Shown here piece by piece: positions 1-11,274 of a DNA stretch of 64,000 nt. The position numbers and the translations under genes were made by a program. The stretch covers positions 31,210 through 95,209 of the forward strand of contig CAJQQZ010000054.1 of the NCBI GenBank assembly GCA_905480575.1. The letters run 5' to 3'. The notes under the pieces are model-generated. The model did no database searches, was not told where the DNA came from, and worked only from the letters and a program-made list of their open reading frames with translations. The stretch comes from an uncultured Alphaproteobacteria bacterium (lineage in GTDB: Bacteria; Pseudomonadota; Alphaproteobacteria; UBA7985; CAJQQZ01). Position 1 is the stretch's first letter. The number at the start of each line of letters is the position of its first letter.

Positions 1-212
1 TGGACAATGACGTTGCGCTCGAAGCCCAGGTAATCCCTCAGTTCAAACAGTTTCTCTTTGGGCGCATCACAAGGTGTGTATTTGCGCTCCGGCGCGTAAG
101 GAAATGTCTTCGCCGGACCGAAGACATGGCAATGGGCATCGACCGCGCCTACTGGGGCAACAAAGGTTGGCTTGGCAGGGTTTGGGTGAAAGGGAAGGTA
201 ATCGGGATCCAT
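1..212 (-). CDS. ligI: 2-pyrone-4,6-dicarboxylate hydrolase (LigI), N-terminal fragment running off the window edge
   Basis: Reverse-strand translation from the ATG (revcomp of cat at 210-212) gives MDPDYLPFHPNPAKPTFVAPVGAVDAHCHVFGPAKTFPYAPERKYTPCDAPKEKLFELRDYLGFERNVIV. This closely matches the LigI N-terminus, including the AIDAHCHVFGP metal-binding motif. Confidence 0.65.
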   Translation of the reverse strand, partial: MDPDYLPFHPNPAKPTFVAPVGAVDAHCHVFGPAKTFPYAPERKYTPCDAPKEKLFELRDYLGFERNVIV

Positions 213-216
213 GTCT

Positions 217-1278
217 TTACTCCGAAGCGAAAATGGTGCCGTCAAACAGCTTGCGAGCTGTGCGAAGGATGGCGGTGGAAGCAACAGTGCCTTGATCATC
301 TATGTGAGCGACGACTGTTGTTTGTCCGATAGGGTGTTCTATAGCTAGATTTTTTTGTGAACCGTCTGGAATGTCGGCCATTGCAAAAGCTGGGCTGTTT
401 TCAAGAAGGCAAGCAGTTGCCACCGACACTGCACCCAAAACGCCAATAGAAGCATGACAGCGATGAGGGATGAAAGTGCGAGTGGAGATCGTTCTGCCCT
501 TTCTAGCAGGTGAAACCATCGTCATTTTGGGAACCGTTTTGTCTTTCACATCACCCAAATTCATGAGCGGGCCACAAGCCAAACGAAGTTTTTCAAGTTT
601 GTCACGAAGCGCTGAATTGGCTTCTAGCTCTTCACGAGTTTCAGTGCCCTTGATACCCATGTCAGAGGCCAACATGACAACGCAAGGCATACCGTTGTCG
701 ATCATCGTTACAGGCACCCCTTCGATGAGGTCGACTTCATTGCCAGTTGGCAGTAAAGCACCACAGCTTGATCCTGCAGTGTCCTTGAACTCAATCGCAA
801 CCGGGGCAGACGTACCAGGCACCCCGTCAATCATTGCGTCGCCAGCATAGGAGACAGAACCATCAGGCGTTTGGACAGTTGAAACCGCGACTTGAGCCGT
901 GTTTTCCATGAAAATGGAAACTCTCGTTTCGCCGATCTCAGGTTTGACAAGTCCGCGCTCAATCGCGAACGGTCCGACGCCTGCCAGGATATTGCCGCAG
1001 TTCTGAGCGTCCGTAACGACGGCTTTATCGACCATGACCTGAAGGAACAGATAATTCACGTCCACGCCGGGTCGATTGGACGGTGAAACAACCGCGACTT
1101 TAGAGGTCAAGGGATCCGCGCCACCCATACCATCAATCTGGCGATCATCAGGAGAGCCCATGACGGAGCGCAAAAATCGGTCGCGTGCTTCCTGATCCTT
1201 CGGCAAGTCAGAGGCTAGAAAGTAACCACCTTTGGAGGTGCCACCCCGCATCCACATGCAGGGCGCGGAGCTAGACAT
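217..1278 (-). CDS. ligU: PrpF-family 4-oxalomesaconate tautomerase (LigU/GalD-like)
   Basis: ORF 217..1392, with the start moved to [20 protein letters not shown], the typical PrpF-family N-terminus. About 353 aa. Its ATG overlaps the stop of the upstream aldolase (ATGTCTAG) and it sits between ligI and ligK. Confidence 0.75.
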   Translation of the reverse strand: MSSSAPCMWMRGGTSKGGYFLASDLPKDQEARDRFLRSVMGSPDDRQIDGMGGADPLTSKVAVVSPSNRPGVDVNYLFLQVMVDKAVVTDAQNCGNILAGVGPFAIERGLVKPEIGETRVSIFMENTAQVAVSTVQTPDGSVSYAGDAMIDGVPGTSAPVAIEFKDTAGSSCGALLPTGNEVDLIEGVPVTMIDNGMPCVVMLASDMGIKGTETREELEANSALRDKLEKLRLACGPLMNLGDVKDKTVPKMTMVSPARKGRTISTRTFIPHRCHASIGVLGAVSVATACLLENSPAFAMADIPDGSQKNLAIEHPIGQTTVVAHIDDQGTVASTAILRTARKLFDGTIFASE

Positions 1279-1942
1279 ACTTGAGACCTTTTTCAGCGAG
1301 GCGGTCGCGCATTTTATACATATCGAGACCAAGAACGCCTGATGCCAGTTGTTGGCGTTTGGCTTCTTCGTTGGCGACCCGTTCTTGGGCATTCTTTAGA
1401 ACTGTTTCCGCTTCCTCACGCTTAACCACGCAAACCCCATCATCATCAGCCACGATGATGTCACCAGGATCAACAGCGGCGCCGGCACAAACGATTGGCA
1501 CATTTACAGAACCGAGCGTCTCCTTGACGGCACCCTGAGCGTGAACCGCCTTTGACCAAACAGGAAACTTCATTTCGGTAAGGTCTTTGATATCCCTCAC
1601 ACCGGCATCAATGACCAGGCCAACACCACCGCGCGCCTGCATAGAGGTTGCCAGTAAGTCACCAAAGTAGCCGGCGTCTGACGGAGAGGTAACAGCTAGT
1701 ACCAAGATATCGCCTGCATGAATTTGTTCGATGGCCACATGAACCATCCAGTTATCGCTGGGTGGGGCGAGGATGGTCACGGCAGAGGCAGCAAGACTGG
1801 TGCCGGAATAGATAGGACTCATGTATGAAGCCATCAGGCCTTTGCGACCCTGCGCCTCATGGACTGTGGCGACCCCACATTCACCGAGTGCTTTGATAAC
1901 TGCCGGATCGGCACGGTCAATGTTTTGCACGACGACAGCCAT
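1271..1942 (-). CDS. ligK: 4-carboxy-4-hydroxy-2-oxoadipate / 4-hydroxy-4-methyl-2-oxoglutarate aldolase (RraA-like class II aldolase, LigK/GalC)
   Basis: 223 aa, RraA fold. Near-collinear with Sphingobium LigK ([30 protein letters not shown]-terminal [12 protein letters not shown]). Confidence 0.85.
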   Translation of the reverse strand: MAVVVQNIDRADPAVIKALGECGVATVHEAQGRKGLMASYMSPIYSGTSLAASAVTILAPPSDNWMVHVAIEQIHAGDILVLAVTSPSDAGYFGDLLATSMQARGGVGLVIDAGVRDIKDLTEMKFPVWSKAVHAQGAVKETLGSVNVPIVCAGAAVDPGDIIVADDDGVCVVKREEAETVLKNAQERVANEEAKRQQLASGVLGLDMYKMRDRLAEKGLKYV

Positions 1943-2676
1943 TAGAGTTCATCCACACAAGTCGGGTAAATCGCTTGGAAACCTTCAGCGTATTTAGCAG
2001 GGCGACCGCCTGCTTGGCCGCCGGAGTTGCGACGGAAATGATTGCCGCGGTTTTCCGCAACGTTAGTGTAATAGTTCCAGAGGTGCTCCTGGCCTTGCAT
2101 ACATTCGATGGCCGCTCGTTTCTTGTCCCAGACATCAGTGATATCGAGGAACACGTTGGGCTTCCATCCCATCTGCTCGGTTTGATGAGGCTCAAAGAGG
2201 TAAAGCTGTGGAGCACCTAAGACCTTTTCACCGGGATTGTGGCCCCAAGCCTGCGCGATCATCCGACACTCCATGGCCACTTCAGTGGCGTACATGTGGT
2301 CAGTATTGTACGGGTCATATTGTGAGTGGGACATCATGAATTTTGGCTGTACCGCGCGAATGATATCAACCAGTTTGAACTTGGCTTCGCGGTCTAGATT
2401 GAGCGGGTAGTCGCCCAAGTCCATGAAAAGGATATCGTGGACATCGAGCGCTTTGGCCGCTGCTTCGGCTTCTTTACGGCGCTCTGTTTTGACTTTCTCT
2501 AGCGTACAACCCTCTTGTTTCCAGAGTTTGGCAGACTCACCGCGTTCACCATAAGAAAGACAAGCCACTGTAACGTCGTAGCCCTTGGCTTGATGCAAAG
2601 CGATGGCACCACCGGCGCGCCAAACAAAATCAGCGGCGTGGGCGGATATTACTAAAGCGGTTTTCTTGTCACTCAT
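1942..2676 (-). CDS. galB: 4-oxalomesaconate hydratase of the PIG-L/LmbE zinc-hydrolase family (GalB-type)
   Basis: 244 aa. The N-terminus [23 protein letters not shown] has the LmbE-like fold and resembles Pseudomonas putida GalB. Its stop overlaps the ligK start. Confidence 0.7.
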   Translation of the reverse strand: MSDKKTALVISAHAADFVWRAGGAIALHQAKGYDVTVACLSYGERGESAKLWKQEGCTLEKVKTERRKEAEAAAKALDVHDILFMDLGDYPLNLDREAKFKLVDIIRAVQPKFMMSHSQYDPYNTDHMYATEVAMECRMIAQAWGHNPGEKVLGAPQLYLFEPHQTEQMGWKPNVFLDITDVWDKKRAAIECMQGQEHLWNYYTNVAENRGNHFRRNSGGQAGGRPAKYAEGFQAIYPTCVDEL

Positions 2677-2721
2677 TTTAAACTCCTGAACATCAAATCT
2701 GTTCGTACTATGGCGGAGCGT

Positions 2722-2736
2722 ATAGGAAAATCCTAT
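2722..2736. promoter_or_regulatory. LysR-type T-N11-A operator (ATAGGAAAATCCTAT) in the divergent galB/lysR promoter region
   Basis: Perfect inverted repeat ATAGG-N5-CCTAT, 70 bp upstream of the LysR start and between divergently transcribed operons. Confidence 0.5.
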
Positions 2737-2805
2737 TTCAAAGTCGCGACAGGCTATAAGTTTTGGCTATATCCGGTTGCCAATTGACGGTAAACAGTTT
2801 GGGTA

Positions 2806-4056
2806 ATGGATCACCTTAAACTCAACATCCGGCATCTGAGAGCCTTTTGCGAAGTTGCTGAATGCCACTCGATCAGCTTGGCCTCTGGCCGCGTGCACAT
2901 TTCACAACCAGCAATTTCTCAAGCTTTGAGCAAGCTTGAAGCCCAGCTTGAAACCGCGCTGTTCCGTCGTCGCAATTCTGGTATGCATTTGACGGTATCG
3001 GGCGAGCGGTTTTTTGCACGTGCTTCAGCAGCACTTAATTTTTTGGAAGACGGTTGTTTGCTTGCCTTGAAGCAAGCAAAGGGACTGCGAACCAAAGAAA
3101 CCGCTGATTTTGTTCTGTTGATCACGACAGCGCAATTGCGCTCGCTTTTAGCACTAGCCGCGACGTCGAATTTTTCGTTGGCAGCAAGAGCCATATCAAT
3201 TTCTCAGCCCGCTTTGCACAGAACGGCGAGAGATCTTGAAAAAGTGACGGCGCTGGTTCTGTTTAAGACCGCTACGCAGGGGGTTGAATTAACACCAGCG
3301 GCAGAGGTGTTGGCACGATATGCCAACCTAGCTTTTGCTGAACTCAATCAAGCCTTGAGTGAAATCGCTGAATTGTTGGGTAAAGATCGAGGAACGCTGG
3401 TGATCGGTGCCTTACCTTTGGCCCGTTCATTCTTGCTGCCCAACACAATCAATGAGCTTCTTGAACATATCCCTGATGTGAACGTTTCAGTCGTGGACGG
3501 TCGTTATGATGATCTGCTCCATGGCTTGAGGTATGGAGAGCTGGATATGATGATCGGGGCGTTGAGAGATCCGCTGCCAGTCGATGATATCCGTCAGGAG
3601 GCTCTGTTCAGTGATCCGTTGGTTGTAGTGACGGATGTTAATCACCCTCTTCAGAATAAAGAGAATCAATTATCGCTCACTGAGTTAAACTCTTATCCTT
3701 GGATCGTTCCGAGAATAGGTACACCAACGAGAGCTTTTTTTCAGAAACTGTTTCAAGAAGCAGGCGCATTGGAGCCCAAAAGGTTGATTGAGACCAGCTC
3801 GATGGCCTTGGCACGAGGGCTCGTCATAGGCAGCGAACGACTGGCGATCATGTCCGCGCAACAGGTTCATTTTGAAATCAACCAGGGGCTCTTTGCTAAA
3901 CTGAATGTGGATACGGCGTCAACATCACGTGATATTGGCCTGACTTTACGCGCTAATTGGCGACCGACGGAAGCACAAGCTTTGCTCATAAAACTGTTGA
4001 AGCAATCGGTTGTTCGGGAATTTGGTAGCGGCGAAGGCTATTCAAAAAATGAATAG
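2806..4056 (+). CDS. LysR-family transcriptional regulator with tandem duplicated N-terminal HTH domains (416 aa)
   Basis: Residues about 7-66 and about 107-165 each carry a LysR HTH signature (…ISQPAISQALSKLE… and …ISQPALHRTARDLE…). A periplasmic-binding-fold effector domain follows. Confidence 0.8.
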   Translation: MDHLKLNIRHLRAFCEVAECHSISLASGRVHISQPAISQALSKLEAQLETALFRRRNSGMHLTVSGERFFARASAALNFLEDGCLLALKQAKGLRTKETADFVLLITTAQLRSLLALAATSNFSLAARAISISQPALHRTARDLEKVTALVLFKTATQGVELTPAAEVLARYANLAFAELNQALSEIAELLGKDRGTLVIGALPLARSFLLPNTINELLEHIPDVNVSVVDGRYDDLLHGLRYGELDMMIGALRDPLPVDDIRQEALFSDPLVVVTDVNHPLQNKENQLSLTELNSYPWIVPRIGTPTRAFFQKLFQEAGALEPKRLIETSSMALARGLVIGSERLAIMSAQQVHFEINQGLFAKLNVDTASTSRDIGLTLRANWRPTEAQALLIKLLKQSVVREFGSGEGYSKNE

Positions 4057-4129
4057 CTTAAACCTCAAACGAACTTTACGGGCTTGGCACTAGAGTGATA
4101 GGTCTTGAGAAATCAAATGAGAGTTTATC

Positions 4130-5023
4130 TTGAGCAATAGAAGACAAATCGCACTGATTGGATTTGGGGAAGCGGCAACTGCCTTTGTTAAAGGCTGGGG
4201 CCAGCGCTTGAACGCTAATTTCTCCGCCTACGATATCAAGACCGAAACAGAGGCAAGCAAAGCTAGGATGCTAGTGAATTACGCTGAGCATTCTGTAACA
4301 GCTGGTTGGTCAAACGCAGAAGCGGTCGAAGGTAAAGAAGCAGTTTTTTCTTTTGTAACGGCCGACCAATCTTTGAAGGCTGCTGTGGCTACCGGAAACG
4401 CTATCGAGAAGGATGCCTTTTTCTTTGACTGTAACTCTTGTTCACCCGGTACAAAAAAACAAGCAGCGGCTTTTATCGAAGCAGCCGGTGGGCGCTACGT
4501 TGATGTTGCTGTCATGGCACCAGTCTATCCGGCGTTGAACAAAACACCAGTTTCAATCTGTGGACCCCATGCGACGGAGGCCTTTGAACTCATGACGGCT
4601 TTGGATATGAATCCAACCTTGGTTGAGGGCGGTGTTGGCGTCGCCTCATCTACTAAGATGGTTCGTTCCATCATGATGAAGGGGCTGGAGGCGCTGATGA
4701 TGGAATGTGTCCTCGCTGGTCGAAAGGCTGGTGTTGACCGTGCGGTTCTAGAGTCGCTTGAGAAAACCTACCCTGGGTTTGGCTGGCAGGAAAAAGCCGC
4801 CTACATGGCGGAACGTGTCATGGTCCATGGCAAACGTAGAGCAGCAGAAATGCGAGAAGTCACCAAGACGGTCGAAGAACTTGGCCTGGTCAGCCGCATG
4901 GCTCCAGCCACAGTTGATTGGCAACAGGCTATCGGTGATCTTGAATTGGATCCAGCGGAAGACGATTACCCTTCACGGGCAGATAGAATATTGCAGGCTC
5001 TGCAGCCTGACAAAGAAAGGTAA
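4130..5023 (+). CDS. NAD(P)-binding oxidoreductase, 6PGDH-N-like / DUF1932 family
   Basis: Probable TTG start. Rossmann motif IALIGFGEAATAF at the N-terminus. Lies 4 nt upstream of ligA. Confidence 0.6.
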   Translation: MSNRRQIALIGFGEAATAFVKGWGQRLNANFSAYDIKTETEASKARMLVNYAEHSVTAGWSNAEAVEGKEAVFSFVTADQSLKAAVATGNAIEKDAFFFDCNSCSPGTKKQAAAFIEAAGGRYVDVAVMAPVYPALNKTPVSICGPHATEAFELMTALDMNPTLVEGGVGVASSTKMVRSIMMKGLEALMMECVLAGRKAGVDRAVLESLEKTYPGFGWQEKAAYMAERVMVHGKRRAAEMREVTKTVEELGLVSRMAPATVDWQQAIGDLELDPAEDDYPSRADRILQALQPDKER

Positions 5024-5027
5024 AGAT

Positions 5028-6259
<1,232 letters not shown>

Positions 6260-6265
6260 AAACAT

Positions 6266-7213
6266 ATGCGTATTTGTGTAGCGGGTGCCGCAGGTGCCTT
6301 CGGAAAGAAACACCTCGATGCTTTGAGCGCCATTGATGGTGTTGAAGTAACGTCAATCGTGGGACGAACAGAGGAAACAATTGTTCCTTTTGCCAAAGAA
6401 CGCGGTATTGGGCATGCCACCACCGATCTGAACGAAAGCTTAGCGCGTGATGATGTTGATGCTGTGATCCTGTCAACACCAACACAGGTGCATGCCGCCC
6501 AATCCATCGCTTGTATGAGAGCAGGTAAGCATGTGCTGTGCGAAATTCCCATGTCGGACAGTTTGGCTGATGCAGAAGAAGTGGTGAAGGTTCAGGCTGA
6601 AACCGGTGTTGTGGGTATGGCGGGTCAAGTTCGCCGCTTTAACCCTTCGCACCAATGGATTCACAACAAGGTCAAAGCTGGCGCGCTTAACATTCAGCAG
6701 ATGGATGTTCAGACTTACTTCTTCCGTAGAACCAATACCAATGCCGCTGGCGGTCCACGAAGTTGGACGGACCATCTTCTGTGGCACCATGCTTGCCACA
6801 CCGTTGATCTGTTCATGTATCAAACCGGCGATGTACCAACTGAGATTTTTGGCCTTCAGGGTCCCAAACATCCAGATCTTGGCATCGCCATGGATATGAC
6901 GATTGGTATGAAAAATCCATCCGGCGCTTTGTGCACCCTGTCTCTTTCATTCAATAACGATGGACCGTTCGGTACTTTCTTCCGATATATTTGTGATAAC
7001 GGGACCTATGTTGCTAGTTATGATGATCTGTATGACGGTTGCAATAACCCGATTGATTTGTCCGGCGTCGCTGTTTCCAACAACGGCATTGAGCTCATTG
7101 ATCGTGAATTCATTTCAGCTATCAGAGAGGAAAGAGAACCAAACGCTTCTTTCCGCCAAACACTGCCAGCGATGAAGGTTCTTCATCAGATTGAAAAGAC
7201 AATGGGGGCCTAA
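6266..7213 (+). CDS. ligC: 4-carboxy-2-hydroxymuconate-6-semialdehyde dehydrogenase (Gfo/Idh/MocA family, LigC)
   Basis: 315 aa. The N-terminus MRICVAGAAGAFGKKHLDAL and internal blocks (RRFNPSHQWIHNK, SWTDHLLWHHACHTVDLF, LSLSFNNDGPFGTFFRYICDNGT) match LigC along its length. Confidence 0.9.
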   Translation: MRICVAGAAGAFGKKHLDALSAIDGVEVTSIVGRTEETIVPFAKERGIGHATTDLNESLARDDVDAVILSTPTQVHAAQSIACMRAGKHVLCEIPMSDSLADAEEVVKVQAETGVVGMAGQVRRFNPSHQWIHNKVKAGALNIQQMDVQTYFFRRTNTNAAGGPRSWTDHLLWHHACHTVDLFMYQTGDVPTEIFGLQGPKHPDLGIAMDMTIGMKNPSGALCTLSLSFNNDGPFGTFFRYICDNGTYVASYDDLYDGCNNPIDLSGVAVSNNGIELIDREFISAIREEREPNASFRQTLPAMKVLHQIEKTMGA

Positions 7214-10200
7214 ATTGAAGTTCTTTTCCAGCAAAAACCGTCCTGTCCATCTCGGCGGACTGCCGCTGGAAAATCTTGCTCGAACTCAAGGCTCAATCGA
7301 ACTAGAGGGGGTGCCAGCGATGGTGCCCCTTTCTTTTTCCAGAGACAATGGTCCTCAATCGATTGTTGCTGCCATGGGTGAGTACCAGGCAATGTTGGAT
7401 GCCATCCGCATTGGTGTTGTTAACCCTAAGCGAGCTGAATGCCCGGACGACCTGACAGAGCGTGCCAACCATCTCAAAGGCTTCGGCTATTTTTGTGATG
7501 CCACGATGGTCGGTGTTTGCAAGCTGCCTGATGCGGCGCTACTGAAGCAACCGATCAGAAATCCAGCGATCGATCAGCTGGCTGAAGATTTGCGAACGAA
7601 ACAGACGACGACTTTGTCATCTGGCATCGATGTGATCATGGCTGACCTGAAGGAGTCGATGTCGGTAGCGCCTTCATCCATTGAGGGCCATAGCCATGCG
7701 GTTGTGTTCCTCTATGAATCGCCTAGGGAACCAGGACAGCAGGAGGACGGTTGTGAATGGATACAAGATGCTTTGGCCGAACGTTCGGCTCTTCGCGCTA
7801 ATGAAACTGCGTCGGTATTAGCCAACTATCTGCGTGTGCTTGGTTACCAGGCTCGCGCGCACAGTCTTTCGACCAGTGATGTGGATCTGAACAAGCTAGC
7901 GGTCGCAGCCGGTTTGGTGGTTTCGGAACAGGGAGAGATGACCGCTCCCTTTGTTGGTCGAAAATTCGGCCTGGCCGCACTGACCACTGATTTCGCTATG
8001 GCTGAGGATATGCCCCTGGCCAGTCAAGCCTTATCGAACACAAATCGAAAGCCGCCTTATGCCAAACGTGGCTTCATCCAAGGCCTTCATCCCTTTGAAA
8101 AGCTCAAACGTGTCGAGAAACCAACGACCTTCATTGATGAAGACCGGGTACCTCGTGTGCCTAAGCGTACCGATATGTTTGCGCGCTCCCTTTTCGGGGA
8201 CCTCGGTAAAGGCCCGCAAGAAAATGCCCGCAATGGCAAGTATGTTCTGAAAGCACCGACATCTGCATCTCAAAGACGGGCATTGGGCGCATTTATTCTT
8301 TTACAAGACGGCGAACCGGCACCTGAGATTGCTGAGTTCGCAACAGACGCAGAACGCAATGCCGCCAATGTCAAAGCTGCGGCCTACTTCCTGGGCTGCG
8401 ACGCTGTTGGCATTTCACGCTGCCCAGAGTGGACTTGGTATTCTCATAACGCCATTGGTGAGGATGTTACGCCGCCCCACGACCAGGCGATCTCGATCAT
8501 TATCGACCAGGGTTATGAGACCATGGAGGGGGCTTCGGGAGACGACTGGATTTCTTGCGCGCAATCCATGCGGGCCTATCTGCGCTTCTCCTTGTTAGGA
8601 GGCGTGATCGCCAAACATATCCGCAATCTAGGTTATTCTGCGAAGGCTCACACTGTTGTCGATGGTGACGTTCTCCAGCCACCCCTGTTACTTCTCTCAG
8701 GCATGGGCGAGGTCAGCCGAATTGGCGAGGTCATTCTCAATCCCTATCTGGGCCCAAGACTGAAGTCCGGTGTTGTCACAACAACCATGCCACTGGCGCA
8801 TGACAAACCGATTGATTTCGGCATGCAAACTTTCTGCGAAAGCTGTAACAAGTGCGCTCGGGAATGTCCGTCGGGCGCGATTACGGCTGGACCGAAGCTG
8901 ATGTTCAACGGTTACGAGATTTGGAAGTCTGATAGCCAACGCTGCACGACCTATCGCATCGGCACGGAAGGTGGCGCGATGTGCGGGCGGTGCATGAAAA
9001 CCTGCCCTTGGAACCTAGAAGGTTTGTTTGCAGAAGCGCCGTTCCGCTGGGCAGCCATGAACATGCCGAGTACTGCCCCCTTCCTTGCCAAGCTGGATGA
9101 TATGGTCGGTAACGGCGGTCTCAATCCAATAAAGAAGTGGTGGTGGGATCTAGAGGCTCAAGCGGATGGTCGTTTCCGACCCACAGAAAAAGAGGTTAAC
9201 GCTCGGGATTTACAAAAGGAGTTGGACCTCAAGTATGAGGATCAAACGTTGGCGGTTTATCCAGCCAATCTCGCGCCGCACCCTTGGCCCTTTCCATTCC
9301 TCATGGACCGCGAAAAAGGCATTGAGGCCTACCAAACTATGATCACCGCCGAAGAATACAAGCTTCGGCTTGCGCGCGGTGAGACGGAAGATTTGGCTCA
9401 TGAATATACCATCCCCGGTGATGCGCCGGTGGTAAGGGTTGTGATTTCAAAAGCTGAGAAAATGACGGACGATGTCACCAAATATGAGTTTCGTTCTGTC
9501 GATGGCAGTGACTTGCCGAAGTGGTCAGCAGGTGCCCATCTGGATATTGTTGTGGCGCCAGAATTCCTGCGCCAATATTCGATGTCAGGTGACCCCGCGG
9601 ACAAGTCCCTTTATCAGATTGGCGTCCTACGCGAAGATGAAGGCAAGGGCGGTTCAAAGCTGATGCATCGGATCTTTAGCGAAGGCCGTAAGATCTTTAT
9701 CTCCAAACCGATCAATCATTTCCCTTTAGATGAGGCTGCGACGAAGACCTTTTTGATGGGCGGCGGCATCGGTGTGACGCCAATGATTGCTATGGCCCAC
9801 CGGTTGCATCGCGTCGGGGCAGAATTCGAACTCCATTATTCAGCCAAATCAAGATCGACAGCTGGCTATCTGGAAGATCTCGAGGCCGTACCCTGGAAGG
9901 ATAAAGTCCACCTTCACTTCTCTGATGAGAACTCACGTGCAGATCTGCAGGCCGTTTTAGATGCCTTCAAGGAAGGGCATCATGTCTACACCTGCGGCCC
10001 AGACCGTTACATGAATTCGGTCATCGAGGCAGCGGAACAGCAGAATTTTCCAGAAGAAAACCGCCATCTGGAATATTTCTCGGTTCCAGAATTACCTGAC
10101 TATGAAAACCATAACTTCACTCTCAAACTGACGAAATCAGGCAAAACACTTGCGATAGCGGCGGACCAATCGATCACCGATGTCCTGAATGAAAGCGGCT

Positions 10201-10376
10201 ATGCAATCGACGTAAAGTGCTCCGATGGCATTTGTGGGGTTTGCCAATGTGGCTTGGTCGCTGGTGATGTCGAACACCGCGATTTTGTCTTGTCCAACAA
10301 GCAGCGGGAAAAGACGATCATTCTTTGTCAGTCCCGGGCTGCTGAACCGGATGGTGAAATAGAAATCGATCTTTGA
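7191..10376 (+). CDS. Self-sufficient (BhbA-like) catabolic reductive dehalogenase. The N-terminal RdhA module with two 4Fe-4S motifs is fused to a C-terminal FNR-like plus 2Fe-2S reductase of the phthalate dioxygenase reductase/VanB type
   Basis: 1061 aa. RdhA-type motifs CESCNKCARECP and CGRCMKTCPWN. The C-terminal 320 aa carry FNR-like FMN/NAD folds (GGGIGVTPMIAMAH, YTCGP) and a plant-type ferredoxin motif, CSDGICGVCQC. No TAT signal and no rdhB anchor. Overlaps the ligC stop by 23 nt (alternative TTG start at 7215). Confidence 0.75.
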   Translation: MKRQWGPKLKFFSSKNRPVHLGGLPLENLARTQGSIELEGVPAMVPLSFSRDNGPQSIVAAMGEYQAMLDAIRIGVVNPKRAECPDDLTERANHLKGFGYFCDATMVGVCKLPDAALLKQPIRNPAIDQLAEDLRTKQTTTLSSGIDVIMADLKESMSVAPSSIEGHSHAVVFLYESPREPGQQEDGCEWIQDALAERSALRANETASVLANYLRVLGYQARAHSLSTSDVDLNKLAVAAGLVVSEQGEMTAPFVGRKFGLAALTTDFAMAEDMPLASQALSNTNRKPPYAKRGFIQGLHPFEKLKRVEKPTTFIDEDRVPRVPKRTDMFARSLFGDLGKGPQENARNGKYVLKAPTSASQRRALGAFILLQDGEPAPEIAEFATDAERNAANVKAAAYFLGCDAVGISRCPEWTWYSHNAIGEDVTPPHDQAISIIIDQGYETMEGASGDDWISCAQSMRAYLRFSLLGGVIAKHIRNLGYSAKAHTVVDGDVLQPPLLLLSGMGEVSRIGEVILNPYLGPRLKSGVVTTTMPLAHDKPIDFGMQTFCESCNKCARECPSGAITAGPKLMFNGYEIWKSDSQRCTTYRIGTEGGAMCGRCMKTCPWNLEGLFAEAPFRWAAMNMPSTAPFLAKLDDMVGNGGLNPIKKWWWDLEAQADGRFRPTEKEVNARDLQKELDLKYEDQTLAVYPANLAPHPWPFPFLMDREKGIEAYQTMITAEEYKLRLARGETEDLAHEYTIPGDAPVVRVVISKAEKMTDDVTKYEFRSVDGSDLPKWSAGAHLDIVVAPEFLRQYSMSGDPADKSLYQIGVLREDEGKGGSKLMHRIFSEGRKIFISKPINHFPLDEAATKTFLMGGGIGVTPMIAMAHRLHRVGAEFELHYSAKSRSTAGYLEDLEAVPWKDKVHLHFSDENSRADLQAVLDAFKEGHHVYTCGPDRYMNSVIEAAEQQNFPEENRHLEYFSVPELPDYENHNFTLKLTKSGKTLAIAADQSITDVLNESGYAIDVKCSDGICGVCQCGLVAGDVEHRDFVLSNKQREKTIILCQSRAAEPDGEIEIDL

Positions 10377-10455
10377 TCACTTGGTGCTGAACTATTCGCT
10401 ACAGCTTTTGGCTCGCTTCGGTTAACATTTCTGGACGAACCAAAAGGAAGATTTG

Positions 10456-11256
10456 ATGACCGATAAACTGTTGGTGGAGAAGCACGGACACATTGCTGTC
10501 CTGACACTCAACATGCCGGACCTACGCAACCCGATCACCGACCAAGATGTTGTTGAGGCTCTGGTCGTCGCTTGCGAAGACGTTTCCCAGGATATGTCTA
10601 TACGCTGCGTGATTTTGACGGGCGCGGGCAAAGGTTTTTCCTCCGGTGGCAATCTTAAACACATGCAAAAAAAGTCAGGCATTTTCGGCGGTGATGCTTT
10701 GGCGGTCAAAGACGGCTACCGCAATGGCATTCAGCGCGTGCCAAAGGCGCTTTGGAATCTAGAGGTTCCTGTCATTGCTGCAGTTAACGGTCCTGCGTAC
10801 GGAGCAGGTTGTGATCTCGCAATGATGGCGGACATCCGCATTGCGTCAACTAAAGCGACTTTTGCAGAAAATTTCGTAAGGGTGGGTATCATTCCCGGCG
10901 ACGGCGGATCCTGGCTGTTGCCTCGGCAAATAGGCTTGAGCCGAGCCGCTGAAATGACCTTTACCGCAGAACCAGTGAAGGCCGACAAAGCTCTCGAATG
11001 GGGTTTGGTTTCTCAGGTCGTTCAGCCGGAAGATCTTATGACGGCTGCGTTGGAGCTGGCTGGTCGGATCGCCAAAAATCCACCAAAGCAGTTGCGGCTA
11101 TCAAAACGTTTGATGCGTGAAGCCTTGCATATGAAGCTGGAGCCTCTGTTGGAAATGGCCGCTGCCTATCAGGGTGCCTGTCACCAAACCAACGATCACG
11201 AAGAGGCGGTCAATTCCTTGATTGAAAAGCGCGATGCAGTCTTCAACGGTGACTAA
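10456..11256 (+). CDS. Enoyl-CoA hydratase/isomerase (crotonase) family protein
   Basis: Crotonase fold with GAGKGFSSGGNL oxyanion-hole region. RBS AAGGAAG upstream of ATG 10456. Confidence 0.8.
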   Translation: MTDKLLVEKHGHIAVLTLNMPDLRNPITDQDVVEALVVACEDVSQDMSIRCVILTGAGKGFSSGGNLKHMQKKSGIFGGDALAVKDGYRNGIQRVPKALWNLEVPVIAAVNGPAYGAGCDLAMMADIRIASTKATFAENFVRVGIIPGDGGSWLLPRQIGLSRAAEMTFTAEPVKADKALEWGLVSQVVQPEDLMTAALELAGRIAKNPPKQLRLSKRLMREALHMKLEPLLEMAAAYQGACHQTNDHEEAVNSLIEKRDAVFNGD

Positions 11257-11274
11257 AATCTGAGGAACGAACTT

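Noticed and set aside
470-1086. Plus-strand ORFs (470-850, 892-1086) inside the PrpF-like gene
   Set aside because: They are antisense to a strongly supported minus-strand CDS and consist of low-complexity Ser/Pro-rich translations typical of spurious antisense frames.
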